From the human T2T-CHM13v2.0 reference genome, Homo sapiens: a stretch of DNA of 64,000 nucleotides. Position 1 is the stretch's first letter; each line of letters opens with the position of its first letter. This document shows positions 11,640-24,844 of this stretch, one piece after another. The translations under genes and the position numbers were made by a program. A model generated the notes under the pieces. The model did no database searches. It saw only the letters and a list, made by a program, of their open reading frames with translations, and was not told where the DNA came from. The stretch lies in the NCBI RefSeq assembly GCF_009914755.1, contig NC_060936.1; one strand, given 5' to 3'.

Positions 11640-11850
11640 AGAAGGTACCATGATAGAAAGAGGCAGGGAAGACTGTTTCAGGCAGAGGGAACACTGTTCC
11701 AGGTAGAGGGAACAGCAATGGTGAAGGCCCTGAGGTGGAGCCAGGTAGGGATGATAGAGGAGCAGAAAGTCCAGTAAAGGTGCATCCTGGTGAGGGAGGA
11801 TGATATGGGAGGGGGTGGTAGGTAGAGCCAGTGCAGGGCTGCATATCAAA
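11640..11850 (-). mobile_element. L2 fragment
   Basis: CCAGGTAGAGGGAACAGCAATGGTGAAGGCCCTGAGGTGG. Confidence 0.7.
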
Positions 11851-11871
11851 CAAAGGAGAAAACAGAGCCCT

Positions 11872-12472
11872 TTAGGTGCTATTGTTGCATAAGAATCTAC
11901 CCCAAGACTTTGCAGTTTCCAATAACAAATCTTTTATGCTCACAGGTTCTAAGAGTCAAGAATTTAGACTGGGCACCATAAAGGTGGATTACTGCTGCTC
12001 TATAGTGTCTGAGATCTGAGCTGGAAAGATTCAAATGCCTGGAGGTGACTTGGTGACTAGTGCTGGAATCTTCTGAAAGTTTCTTTTCTCATGTATCTAT
12101 TGCCTGTATTGGAACCACTTGGAGGCTGGGCTCACCTGGGATTGTCTACAGAGCATGTACATTTGGCCTTCCCATGCAGCTTGGCTTTTTCACAACATGG
12201 TGGCCCCAGGGGTATCAGCCTTTCTCCATGAAGGCTTAAGGATGCAAGCAGAGGTGCTCTAGGGAACAAAGCTGATGCTGCAATGACTTTTATGGCCCAA
12301 CCTTGGAAGTCATAAAACATCATTTATGCCCCATTCCACTGGTAGAAACATTCACAAACCTGCCCAAGCAGAGGGAAGCTAGACTTTCCACGTGGCACGC
12401 AGGGTCATGCTGAAGAAGAAGATGTAGAATGGAAAATATCGCTGTGGCAGTCTGGAAAATAGAATCTGCCAC
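11872..12472 (-). mobile_element. MLT1-family MaLR solo LTR
   Basis: TATTGTTGCATAAG...TATGCTCACAGGTTCT...CCTTGGAAGTCATAAAACATCA...ATCTGCCACA end. Confidence 0.75.
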
Positions 12473-12679
12473 AGAGTAAAACCTGAAAGTGATACAGCTT
12501 GTTCTGCTCCACAAATGCTTCTGAGGGGTGATGAATAAGCATGTGGATGAATAAGACTCAGTCCTTGAACTTGAGGAATTCCCAAGGCAAATGGGGGAGA
12601 CGGATATGTAAATAAAAACCATACTGTACATACTTCTACAGCATGTATCATATTAGGCTACAAAGTCCCCAGGAAGCAA

Positions 12680-13100
12680 TCCATATTGCCTGGGAGGTGG
12701 ATGAGGGGCTTGGGCTGGGGAATATGTAAGGGTTTACCATTGGGCAAGGACAGATGTAGTGGAAAGAAGAGCATGATCAAATAGTGATTGTTCAGGCAGA
12801 AGAGGAGGTTGCATATGAGGCTGAAAAGGCAGGCTGAGCCTATTTAGAAGGGCTTCTAAATAGAGGCTGGGGAGTTGGACTAAATCGTACAGGCAATGGC
12901 AAACCATTGAGAGATTAAGCGCTGTGATCAGATGCATGCTGTGAAAAGAACACTTGGGGAGCTAGAATGGTGGGCAGGTTGACCACTGACGAGGGATACG
13001 CTGAAAGTCCAGAAGCCAAGAGGGAGGTTTATTCAGCAGTCCAATGAAGAAGCGACAAGCATGCAATTGACACCAAGGTTAGAGAGAATCAGGAAGAGTT
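12680..13100 (-). mobile_element. L2 fragment
   Basis: AGGCAATGGCAAACCATTGGAGAG...GTGATCAGATGCATGCTG. Confidence 0.6.
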
Positions 13101-13194
13101 AACAGTGTCTCAGCAGTGAGTTCAGCAGGGTTCTTCAAGAGTGAGGAGGAATTCAGGGGAAGGAGAATGCTCCTCCCCTGGGCAGCTGTGTACC

Positions 13195-13355
13195 TTGTTG
13201 GTCTCAGCTCTGGCTGTAAACTCAAATCATCTGGAAAGCTTGAGCCTCATCCCAAGGCAGCTAAACCAAAATCTTTGGGTTGGACACCAGGCATGGGTAT
13301 TTTTTAAAAAGCTCTCCTGCAGATTCTCATGCACAACTGAGGTTGGAGACTGCTG
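13195..13355. mobile_element. MER5A-like hAT-Charlie DNA transposon
   Basis: AATCATCTGGAAAGCTT...AAAATCTTTGGG...AAGCTCTCCTGCAGATTCTCATGCACAAC...GGAGACTGCTG. Confidence 0.7.
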
Positions 13356-13609
13356 GGATAAATGATGCATTTCGAAAGACTCCACAGAGACCTTAGAGAA
13401 TGCTGGTTTGGGCAGAAAGAGGAAAGAGATAAGTGATTTTGATTTTGGACATGTTGGGCTCATGATAACAAGGATTTGAACCTTTCTCTGGGAGACAACA
13501 TAGTTTAATAAAAGTTAGTTAATCCATAAAAAGAGATGAAATCACTTCTTCATAGCAGTGTTACAAAGAGGATGCATTGTGCTTGAAAGCCACAGAAAAG
13601 ATTTATTCA

Positions 13610-13830
13610 GTCTTCACTATCCAGGCACAGTGCTTCAGGCATTATATCCATCCCCACAGCAACCTTAGAAGATAGGCGTAGTTCTTGTGATGTCCATTTT
13701 GCAGAGGAGGAAACTGAAACTCAAAAAGACCAAGTAACTCACCCAAGTTTACACAGAAAAGGAATACAGTGGCAGAGGCCAGAGGCAAACCCAGGCAGTC
13801 TGATCTCAGACGTGGATCAAGGAGTCTCTG
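13610..13830 (-). mobile_element. MIR SINE
   Basis: CCATTTTGCAGAGGAGGAAACTGAAACTCA. Confidence 0.8.
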
Positions 13831-13959
13831 TGGTATAATGCATCTTAGCACCCCTTCATGTTTGCATAAAATGAATTGATACCACGATGACTGCTGTATT
13901 ATTAGCACTGTAAAAATTACTGTCCACGTTAAATCCAGTTTTGCTATTTCCACTGCTTA

Positions 13960-14420
13960 CATTACAAAGAGTGACCACACTCATTCTGTGCCGTTACGGT
14001 TCTCTCCACAAGCTCTCGTAAACCATCACCGTTTCCTTTTCATTTACCTGGTCCTCCGGGCCCAAAGGCCTCTGGGAATTTAACAAAGCCTCCACGGCGT
14101 ATCATAAAACAAAACCAAATGCTCTCTTCTCCCGCTGCACCCCCTTTCCCTGAGTATCTGTCAAAGCCAGTGGGGAAATAGAAACCAGAATCTCCAAACA
14201 ATACACTTCCCCACAGATAATAAATAAAATCTCCAAAGAAGGAGGGAAAAAGAGCGAGGAGTCCCACAAAGGCTAGGGGGTAGGGGCGGCTTGGGTGCAC
14301 CGTTGCACATTCTGCAATGAGCCAAGCAGCTACCAGCAGACCCGGGGTAAGGAACCAATTGAGATAAAAAAATGGATGTCCATATTACATATGCCGTGTG
14401 CACTTAAGAGTGCGGATGCC
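13960..14420. promoter_or_regulatory. Candidate enhancer with posterior-HOX and GATA motifs
   Basis: Repeat-free, several intact CpGs; CTCGTAAA 14015-14022; TCATAAAA 14102-14109; AGATAA near 14215 and 14362. Confidence 0.4.
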
Positions 14421-14640
14421 AACAGGGAATGCAATCCAAATCACCCCCTTTGCTGTTTTGCACACAGATAAATACACATGTTGCCTCGTGTGGAGCAGAT
14501 GCTCAGTGAATTCCTATGCAATGCATCAAAGTACCAATATTCATTTGCGAATTTTCCAAATACACATGTTTACGGGCAATCTTTTCTCTCCTCTCACAAA
14601 TATGGGTCCAACAAGAGCTTTTAAAAAATCTTTTGTATTA

Positions 14641-15246
<606 letters not shown>

Positions 15247-16159
15247 AAAAAAGTTTTTAATAATTTTTTTTGAAAATAAAGATAAACCATTTGCTGATTG
15301 CATACGTGCATTGAAGCTTTCTTATACAGTGCACCTGGAGAAAGTGCCAGGACGTAATGACACAAATTGATGACTAGGGACCCTTCTAGGGACTGGGGAG
15401 CGGGGGGAGGGTGGGGTGGGAGGAAGAGAGATTAGAGTTTTAGTTTACATTTCTTTGATTTTTATACTGATAATACTTTTATAGGGGGCAGGTTTTGACT
15501 TCTTTTAATTCAAATAAATTTTGTGTTTCTCCAAACTCTGTACAAGCTACATGATGACTTTTAGCTGATGGAGGCTTATTACATATCCAGTTTTAGTCCT
15601 AGTCTTGGGCCAGAAGAGCCTTCCCTGAATGCCAGTCTTCAGAGGTCCCACTCTATCTCACTTCCAGCCGCATCCTTCCTATTGAACAAGGAGACTCTTG
15701 GGCCAATGGACTAGCCTTCTCAGAGACCACTCTCCTCCTCTGGGCCATGTAGCTGGCACCTACTCAATACTATGTAGATGCGTACACTGGGCTGTTCGTG
15801 TGGAACATGTGTGGGATCTATATCTCAGGTGTGCTATGAGCTCTTGGAAATGAAAATCTCCCTGAAACATCATCACTGCCCCTTCTTCTGGGTCTCCTTC
15901 TCTAGTTGGAGGAGAAGCCTGGATTTTGTTTTTCAGTGAAGAGGGCATTATAGTTGGTCATTGTCTAAACTGGGTTATTTCCTTTGAGTGACATACCTCT
16001 GGGACTTGGCTCAGAGATGTTTGTGTGCATAGGGGGATAGGGGACTGCAAAAAGCCTTTTCTACCATATGCAAGCTTCCAGAAGTGGGTTTGTGTGGTCA
16101 CTGCAAAAAGTGGGAGTCAGGATCCCAGGAATTATGACTGTTCCATGACTTGAGCCCCA

Positions 16160-16375
16160 AAACTCCGGACCTGAATTGCCAGATGCACCCTTGATATCTC
16201 CATGTGGCCCATACTCAGCTCTCTCAAACTCAACATGTTCCAGATGGAACTGGTCTTCTTCCCTCAAGACCTGGATTTCTCCTGGGCTCTGGATTTAAGC
16301 AGATGGCTGTTCCCATTACCGAATCTTCTAGACCAGAAGCTGGACATTATTCAAATTTCTTCCTTCTTCATCACA
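16160..16375 (+). mobile_element. L2 fragment
   Basis: TTGATATCTCCATGTGG...CTCAAACTCAACATGTTCCAG. Confidence 0.7.
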
Positions 16376-16379
16376 CCAA

Positions 16380-16600
16380 TAACAACAGAAATAAGAAAAC
16401 TGTCATTAGCTGAGTTGCTTCACTCCTGGTATGGTAACAAATGCTTCACATTTAGTGTATAATTTACCTCTCATATAACTGTGAAGTTGGTGGTATTATT
16501 ATCCCCACTGTACAGATAGGAAAACTGAGGCTCAGAAAGAAGGGGAAGCTTTCCAGGAGACGTTCTGACAAAACCTGGTTTCCAACCTAGTTGATTGGGC
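16380..16600 (-). mobile_element. MIR SINE
   Basis: TATTATTATCCCCACTGTACAGATAGGAAAACTGAGGCTCAGA. Confidence 0.8.
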
Positions 16601-17109
16601 CTTTCTCTTTCATCCCCTGTGACTCTCTCTCCTCAGCTAAGTTTTTTCAAAGGCACCCAGTAGGTGTTCAGAGAAATGTGCTGGATTGAACTGAACTAAC
16701 CTTCTAGAGGGTGTTATGAACTGCATCTCCGCCCTGTCCAGTTGGAAACTGTTGCCAACACAAGGTCCTCTTTGGAGAGGAAGGGGAGTGGGCTAAGAGT
16801 GAGGAGAGAATGGATGGGAGACTTCAAAGGGAAGGAAAACGATTACTGGGAAGTCTGTTTATAGAGCCAGTGAGTGATGGTGAGGGGGAAAGGCTGAAAA
16901 ACAAATGGAGGGAGGAGAAGTGCCTGGTTCATGAATCTATCACCAATTCTTTTCATCTGCTGGCCAAATTATGGGCCCCTGTATCTCTGAAAGTCCCCTC
17001 ATTCCCTAAGCTGGAAGCCCGCACTTGACCACCACCCGGCTCCAAGCAGTGCCTGATGGTAGCGCGGCTTGAAGGTCACCTGTGTGTAGAGTTCAGGCAT
17101 AATTAGAAA

Positions 17110-17360
17110 CAATAACAAGAAACACTTTTGTAGCATTTACTATGTGCCAGACACTGTTTTGAGTTCTTCTGAATGTTTTTAATCCTCATGAGACAACCTC
17201 ATGAGGAAGTTACTATAATTAGCCCCATTTTACAGGTAAAGAAACTGAGGCACAGAGATAAGCTTGCCTGAGGTCATACAGGTAGGAAGAGGTAGAACTG
17301 GGAGTTTAGCTTAGGAATGTGATAGAGGTGACCCTTTTAACTCCTACACTCTATGCCTCC
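17110..17360 (-). mobile_element. MIR SINE
   Basis: TACTATGTGCCAGACACTG...CCCCATTTTACAGGTAAAGAAACTGAGGCACAGAGA. Confidence 0.85.
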
Positions 17361-17374
17361 TGAGCAAAGAGGCT

Positions 17375-17550
17375 GTCGGTCATGAGTTCAAACCCTGTTG
17401 CCCCAAATTGCCATAACTGCATGAATTGGGCAAGCTGCTCCCTCTGTAAGCCTCAATGGCTGCATCTGTGAAATAGGGACAATCATCACAACTGCCTCAT
17501 GGTGCTGCTGTGATGATTCTTATATAATCCACACAATGGATTTAAAAAGC
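17375..17550 (+). mobile_element. MIR SINE
   Basis: GAGTTCAAACCC...TTGGGCAAG...GCCTCAATGGCTGCATCTGTGAAATAGGG. Confidence 0.7.
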
Positions 17551-17639
17551 CCAGCCAGGAAAATAACGTTTCCTGCTTTTCTATTTCACAAGGTTCCACG
17601 AGAAGCAAAGAACATAATAGTATGTATATAGTAGCATTT

Positions 17640-18390
17640 TAAAATTTGCATCTCGAAATAGTGCAAGCACATAAAAGTATAGAGAATAAATATAATAAAC
17701 TCTCATATATTCAATATCAAGCTTAAAAAATAAAAACTTATGGATGCAGGTGGAGCCTCTTATGTATCTCTCCTTAATTGCCTATCTTCTCCTCCGTCTC
17801 CAAGGGTAACCACCACCCTGATTTTGAGGTTTATCATTCATATGCATATCTTTACATTCTTACCCTGGATGTATATATTTATCCTTAAATAACATATATT
17901 ATGTAACATATGATGTTGTTTCACACATTAAAAAACTTCTGTCCGTATTCTTGTGGAAATTTTGCTTAACACTGTAATTCTGAGACTGACCTATGTTGAC
18001 ACATACATTTCTGGTTGGTTATTTTTAACCACTATGGCTCATTCCACTGAACATACACACCTCAATTTACTCGTTCATTCTCCAGTTAATGACCACGTTG
18101 GTAGTTTCCAGGATTTTAGCATCACAAACAATATTGCAGTGGATATTCTTATATATAGCTCTCTTTGCATATATATAAGAGTTTCTCTAGGAGCCATAGC
18201 AGGTGTTAAACTGCTTGGTTGAAATGTACATGCATCTTATAGAAGATATTGGCTATTGTTCGTTTGCTCTCCAACACAGTTACACCATTTTATCCTGCCA
18301 TTTTCTAAATAGTGGCCTGGAAGTCTCATTCATTCACATCCTTGCCAACTCAGTTTTTTTTTTTTCGAATGGCAGCAATTTTTTTAAATG
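17640..18390 (-). mobile_element. L1ME-like 3' fragment
   Basis: GTAACCACCACCCTGATTTTG...CATTCTCCAGTTAATG...AGAGTTTCTCTAGG...CACATCCTTGCCAAC. Confidence 0.7.
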
Positions 18391-20049
18391 GGAAGCATTA
18401 TTATTAGGTATACCATGTGGTCTCTTTGGTGGTCAAGGACTTCTGTGTGTTGACAACTGAGCCAGACAGCTAATATGAAGTCTTTTCCAAAAACAAGTCT
18501 ACAAGAATCTCCATCTTTTCTTTTTCAAAAAGACTTTAATGACATCCCCCCAGTCTGATTCAGAACTCCCTTTTCTGCCATCGTGTAATTTCCCCATCCA
18601 TGAAACAATTGAAATTGAAATTGCCTGATAATTTTTTCTCAAGTCTCAACTGAACGTCATGAAATTGGTAACTACTAATTTCATTTTAGCACTGGAATTG
18701 AACCCACGACCTGATGTGCAGTAGGCACTCAGGAAATTTTTATTGTGTAAATAACTGATACCAATGTAATCCAGAGCTTGATGAATGGTCAGAGGTCCCC
18801 ACATTTTGTTGAATGGATGGGCAAAACACCAAGTTAAATGGCAAGTGGAAGAAGCCCAGATGCTGAGGGAGAACCTTCTATTTATCTGCTCATTCATTTA
18901 TTCAGGCATTCATTTTTTAAATAAGCATTTGTTGCATACTGATTGTGTGTAAGGTCCATGGACTCCACCTTTGAGCACGCCCATCCTGTGTTATTTTGAG
19001 GTGTGATAGATTCTATGTCAGAGGTGAGCTCAGAAAACATAAAACTAACTCACCTGGGAATGGAGGCAGCAAAGTCTTCCCAGAGGAGCTGGTACCCCCG
19101 AAGTCCTCTGTTCTGTCCTCTCCCCACCATGTCCCCTGCCGTCTCCTGGGGACACCCCTGTTCCTCAAACTGCCTAAGAGGTCAAATTCAGTTGCTGGAT
19201 TCATGTCTCTTTTACCTTCAATTTCACCCAAATCAAAAGCCAAAAGGTCAACAAAGCAGAGGTGTCAGCTGAAGTGCTTTTGAATTTGGTTCAGGGAGGT
19301 CGATGAGGAGGTTTGCTTCTTTCTTTGGCTATCACCCAAGAAAGAAAAGATGGGAGAAAGGGGAGTGGGCTTTGCTGACATTGAGGACAGGGGCTGGAAG
19401 CAAGGGGGAGGGAAACATCTTGAAAGAGACAAAAGCAGGCTCCATGATATCCTGGTTTTTGGATCCAGGGCCCAGCATCTTAGAAACTCACACCTAGGGA
19501 TCTGCCAAGCAGTCCTGCAAACACACCTCCCAGCACAGGCACAACCATAAACCACTCAGCCAGCACTCGCTGGCTTCACCGTGATGGGCCCATGATGTAT
19601 TTACCCAAAGAGAAGAAGTGAAAGGTAGCTGTAGGCATGAAGCCATAAATACATCCTGGTGTTCAGGTGACATCATCCCAAACTCCCCGCACAGTGCTCC
19701 ATGGTTTATGAAATCACAACACCAGGCGGCGTCTCCTGGGCGGATGGGGTGGGCAGCTCTAAATTTATTTGACCTAATTCATTTAGTTTTTTCCCTTTCG
19801 CTTTCCAGGGGAGGGGTTTGTCAGGACTTCTCCTTTTCACTTGAGGAGAATTCACCTACCTCCTTTACTTTCTTCTGGGGTGTCTGGGATGAGAACAATG
19901 GAATCTTGAAAATAGCAGGAAAGTGGATCTGCTCAGAGAGCAAAATGACTGCTCCATAATTTTGGAGAAATGGGTCCCTGTGAGTATATGTCAAGCTCAA
20001 AGAGTAGCCAATCTTTCAATGTTGGCTTTTTCTTTGGACCTTAAATATC

Positions 20050-20142
20050 CAAGGTAAAAATTTCTATTTGCTCTGTTCACTGCTATATCCCCAGTGCCTG
20101 ACACAAAGTATACACTCTAAAAATATTTATTGAATACGTGAA
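20050..20142 (+). mobile_element. L2 3' end
   Basis: TGTTCACTGCTATATCCCCAGTGCCTGACACAAAG...AAATATTTATTGAAT. Confidence 0.75.
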
Positions 20143-20259
20143 CCATTGCTGGTGCCCAGGCTGAAAGGTTCTGATGAATTTCACTGCTAACTGAAAATAA
20201 GGACTAACTCTGAAATTCCTTGATTTCATTAAGCCTCAGTACCCATTCTTAAACACCGA

Positions 20260-20750
20260 GGAGAGGGGTACACATCAATAAACCTTTCTGGAGGGAAAAT
20301 TTAAAACATATTTTTAAAAGCCTTGATGCCTAGTAATTCTACTGCTAGGAATTTATCCTAAGGAAGTAATCAGAACTCTGCACCAATATTTTGGTATAAG
20401 ATGTTCATTGCAGTGTTATTTACAATAGAAGGAAACCAGAAAGAATGTAGGTGTGCAGCAATCAGAAACTGGTCAATTAGATTATGTCAACATGTTTAAT
20501 ATTTTAGGAAACTACTACAGAAACTAAATATGCATAGTCTCTTTGTAAGTGGAGACTGGTGGGTTATAAAACACTACACACTGTATGATCCCACTTTTAT
20601 TAGAAAAAAATATGCATACAGAAGACTGTGTGCTAATAAGCTTACAGAAGCTATCTCTGGGTGGTGGAATTAGGTTCTTTAAATTTTTTTCATTGTTTTA
20701 TTTTATTTCTCAGTTTTCTACAGGAAGCATAACTCAACTGAACAATAAAT
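20260..20750 (+). mobile_element. L1ME-like fragment
   Basis: CTAGTAATTCTACTGCTAGGAATTTATCCTAAGGAA...GATGTTCATTGCAGTGTTATTTACAATAG. Confidence 0.7.
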
Positions 20751-21054
20751 ATCATGAAGAAATCTTAGAGTAAGGGGCCATAATATTTTGAGAGAAGGGT
20801 ACATTTACATGCAAGCTGTGTATAGAACTAGAGGTCCCTTAAAGCAGGGTGGTTTGTTTTAAAGGTTCAATCTCCCACTCCACTACTCAGTCAGTCATCC
20901 TAATAAAAAGTGGATGTTGGTGACCTAGCCACATGTATTTCCTTCTGCTATACTGAGCTATCACTTTTTGCACCTGAATTTCCTTACATAGGGATCATGA
21001 CATTTTAGTAGATCTCAAGTTTTTCCAAATCAATCACTAAGTGGGTTACATGGT

Positions 21055-21525
21055 ATATTAGCCAGCTGGTGCTGCAAGAATGCTTTCAGCATTCAACAGT
21101 TCCCTCCCTCACCACCAAATTCAATGGTTTAAAGTAACAAGCATTTATTTCTTGCTCAAGAATCCAGGAGCTGACTGTAGTTCAGCTGCTCATGGCTGGG
21201 CTCAGCTGGGAGGGCTCCATTTCCAGATTGGGATAAGGTCTGATTTATCATCTCTCTCATTCCTTCTTGGACCAGTGGCCACTCAGGATATGTTCTTAAC
21301 ATGAAGAATGGGAGAAGCATAAGAAGCAAGCATTTATAGCCTCTACTTGTGTCACATTCCCTAACATTTCATTGGCCATACCAGGTCACATGCCAAAACT
21401 CATGAAAGTGGAGCAGAGTCTACCCATTCTAGTGGGAAATCTTGCAAAGTCACATGTCAAAGAGTGTGGATGTGTATATCAAGTATAGGGAACTTATATT
21501 GCTAATAACGACTCCATCTATCACA
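21055..21525 (-). mobile_element. Old MLT1 MaLR LTR
   Basis: TATTAGCCAGCT...AATGGTTTAAAGTAACAAGCATTTATTTCTTGCTCA...CATTGGCCATACCAGGTCACATG. Confidence 0.7.
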
Positions 21526-21754
21526 TGTGGGAAACCCAGTATCTGTCCACGGCTAACTTTCACTTTTCCTTGTCTTTGTCAAAGATCACAACACTTCAGA
21601 GACATCAAAGGTTCCTCCATTCAGATTACAGGGCCTTAGCCATATGTATTTGGTCGTGTCCTGCATATCCATGAGGTCTCTTAATGGTTCATGCATCTTT
21701 GTCTTGTCTTTACTGCAAAATTGCAGACAAAAGACACAGCAGTACTTTTGCTTG

Positions 21755-22042
21755 TTTTAGAGACACAGAATCTCACTCTGTCACCTTGGCTGGAGTGCAG
21801 TGGTGCCATCATAGCTCACTGTAGTCTCGAACTCCTGGACTCAAGTGATCCTCCCACCTCAGCCTCCTGAGTACCTGGGATTACAAGTGCAAACCACCGT
21901 GACTGGTTAATTTTTAAATTTTTGTAGAGACGGGGTCTCACTATGTTGCCCAGGCTGATCTTGAACTCCTGGGCTCAAGTGCTCTTCCTGCCTTGGCCTC
22001 CCAAAGTGCTGGGATTATAAGTGTGAGCCACTGTGCCTAACC
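21755..22042 (-). mobile_element. AluJ element
   Basis: CATAGCTCACTGTAG and CTCCTGGGCTCAAG diagnostics; TSD core CAGTACTTT. Confidence 0.9.
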
Positions 22043-22134
22043 ACAAACAGTACTTTATGTCTTCTTAATAGGCTCAGCATCACACAGTAGGGCTCTGAGT
22101 GGATACTCCAGACTCAACACATTTATTTCTGGGC

Positions 22135-22540
22135 TATGGGGTGGTTTGTAGAGTGTCAACTTGGTTAAGCTGGAATTATGTTTCCAGGAGTTCTTTTGGT
22201 CTTCAGGTCTGAATTAGACTTGGCCAAAAACCGAATTCCTGTAAGAGTGGAAGGGTAGATGAAGCAGCAGCCAGTAGCCCTGGAGGGCCACCCTGGTTAG
22301 ATGAGGTGACAAGTGCAGAGGTGTCAGCAGGTCTCAGCATGCCCTTACTTTCCTCTGTTCTCTGCAGCTCTGTTGATCCTGCTGACCAACAGCAGACCCA
22401 GTCTCTCCACCAGGTACTTGGAGCTGGACTCATGGAGGCTGTAGTTACACAGAGGCAGGGGTGGACCCCTCTTCCTCCCACCCTCTTCCCTCTCAAGCTT
22501 CTCCTCAATAGTCCCATTGTGGCTGCTGGACATGTGTGGA
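22135..22540 (+). mobile_element. ERVL-type LTR fragment (subfamily uncertain)
   Basis: Begins GTGGTTTGTAGAGTGTCAACTTGGTTAAGCTGGAATTATGTTTCCAG, typical of ERVL LTR starts. Confidence 0.5.
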
Positions 22541-22559
22541 TTCTCAGGTTAGGTGGCTT

Positions 22560-22685
22560 TGTCACCATTTTTAATGAGGAAACTGAGGAAAAGCAATGTC
22601 AAGTAACTTTCCCAATGTCAGATTACTTGCTTCTTCAGAGATTCTATGGCTGTCGGTACAAATCTTGGCCACTAAGCTACATAAA
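22560..22685 (-). mobile_element. MIR fragment
   Basis: CCATTTTTAATGAGGAAACTGAGG...AAGTAACTTTCCCAATGTCA. Confidence 0.7.
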
Positions 22686-22795
22686 ATAGAGAGTTGGGAA
22701 GAGGGAAGGATGATGTGAGCACTGTGTCAGGCAAGGTCTGAAACCAGTGATTATAAGACATGGATACCATTTCATGTCTGCACTTCTCTTCTAAA

Positions 22796-23281
22796 TGTGA
22801 TAGATTAAATGATTGGTCCCAATGACCCACTCCTCTGAGGTCGTATCACATGTCCACACCTTTACTGTGGTTGAAAGCACATTTTCCTGCAACTCGACTC
22901 TGGGCTTGGCCACATGACTTGTTTTGACCAAAGGGATGTTAGTAGATATGATGTGAGCAGAAGCTTAGAATGTGCTTGTGCAGTTGGTTTTGATCTCTTG
23001 CACTCTGATGATCTATCATGAAAGAAAAATAAGTCCTAGGTCGTCACTGCCCTTTCAGCCTGGACTCCAGGATGAGACACATGGAGCAGATCACATGACC
23101 TGGATGGTCACTGGTCCAGGAAGTCAGACCTGGACTCAAGGTGGAGGCTGAAGTCCTGCGTAGCTGAGCTGAGTTGCAGCTGACCCACAGACCTGTGAGC
23201 ATGACAATGGATAACAGTTTTAAGCCACTGAGCTTTGGAGTAATTTTGTTATGCAGCATTGTTGTGGCAAGAGCTAACACA
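22796..23281 (+). mobile_element. MLT1 MaLR solo LTR
   Basis: TGTGATAGA start; GACTCTGGGCTTGGCCACATGACTTG; TTTTAAGCCACTGAG...GCTAACACA end. Confidence 0.8.
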
Positions 23282-23728
23282 GTAAAACATCCGTTTCCAT
23301 GGAAGGGAAAAGATGATAAAGAGTGTGCATAGTAAGTTCTTATTTAAATATATATTTTGTATGTGTGTGCATTTGTATGGAAGCCCTTAGGTCAAATGTT
23401 AATGGGGGTTTTCTAAATGTATGGGATTTCCAGGAAACTTTCACTGTATAAATTATATATAGTTGTAATGTTTGATTGTTTAAACAAAAAATATATATAA
23501 TGACTTTGTAATCACACAATATAGATTGGTTTTTCTTTACAAAAGTTCTGGTTGCTAATAGATCTGTCAACAAGAAGTGACTTTGTCCTAAATAAAAATG
23601 CAAAGATTTCCTTAGGAGGATTTTTCCTCAGCCAACCAGATTTCACTAGCTTTATGACGTGACCAAAATCTTTGAGAGCACCAAGGTGAGAGGTGGGAAA
23701 AAACAAACAGGAGATGATTTCTCCAGAA

Positions 23729-23968
23729 CAGTGGATCTCAACTGGCAGTGACCTGTCTCTCCAAGATGGTTGGGCAATAGCTGGTGATGTCTTTGTCACC
23801 ACTGGGGATTGCAGTGGGGTGGGGAGGAGGCAGTGTATGCTATTAGTATCTAGTGCATAGAAGACAAGGATACTACCAAACATCCTACAATGCATAGTAC
23901 ACCCCAACCTCCCCCAACAAAGAATCATCTAGCCCCAATATCAATAGTGCTGAAGCTGAGAAACACTC
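23729..23968 (+). mobile_element. MER20 DNA transposon
   Basis: CAGTGGATCTCAAC...AAACATCCTACAATGCATAG...CAACAAAGAATCATCTAGCCCCAATATCAATAGTGCTGAAGCTGAGAAAC. Confidence 0.85.
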
Positions 23969-24299
23969 TTTCAGAGGCTGTCTGTGACACCTTCTCTGGT
24001 CCCAAATTTGGGACAGGCTGGAGAGGCACAGATGAGCACACTTCACAGGAACCCAGCTTGGGGCACTGAACATTAATCCAGAGCTTGTCCAATGCGAGTA
24101 ACTTGCAGAGCACGGTCACTCTGAACTTTGGGACAGAAGATTGAGCAAGTATGGGGTTCGAGAGGTAGGACAAACTCTGAGATGTTACAGAGTAGAGTCC
24201 TTGGCTCCAGATAGGGCTGGTGGCCAAGACAGAGCATGTGGTCGGTTCACAGCATGGGAGCATCTGTGCTATACCAAGATTACTCATAGGATAAAATTA

Positions 24300-24600
24300 G
24301 ACCTCCAGACCCACGCAAATACTAATCTGCTTTCTGTCTCCATGAATTTGCTTTTCCTGAGCACTGCATATAAATGGTATCATACTATATGAAGTCATTT
24401 GCTATTAGCTTCTTTCACTCAGCATAAGGTTTTAGAGATTCATCCATGTTGTAGTATGCATCAATTTTTTTTTTTTTTTTTTTTTTTTTGCTGAGCAGTA
24501 TTCCATGGTTGGATATACTAAACCAACCACATTTTATGAATCCATTGACCAGCTGATGGACATTTGGATTGTTTTTAAAAATGTATTTATAATTATGCAA
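24300..24600 (-). mobile_element. L1M 3' fragment containing a poly-T run
   Basis: ACTAATCTGCTTTCTGTCTC...TTTCACTCAGCATAAGGTTTTAGAGATTCATCCATGTTG. Confidence 0.8.
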
Positions 24601-24844
24601 TTTTAATTATATTTGAAAAACACTAGTATTTTTATATATGCGTATGTGACCCAGAATATAAAGATTTCTTCAAATATGTAAATGCTGCAAAACAGATTCC
24701 CTATCTGTCTATCTATCTATCTGATCTTTCCACATTTTCAGGAAAATCTCAATGGTTTAGAATTCTTTAACTTGGAAGCCATATGGTTATTTAGCAGAGA
24801 GGATTTAAAAAACAGAACAAACTAAATACATCTGTGCTTAATTG

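Noticed and set aside
18694-18712. tRNA B-box-like sequence on the minus strand (AGGTCGTGGGTTCAATTCC)
   Set aside because: No A-box or cloverleaf; the adjacent sequence resembles an L2 tail
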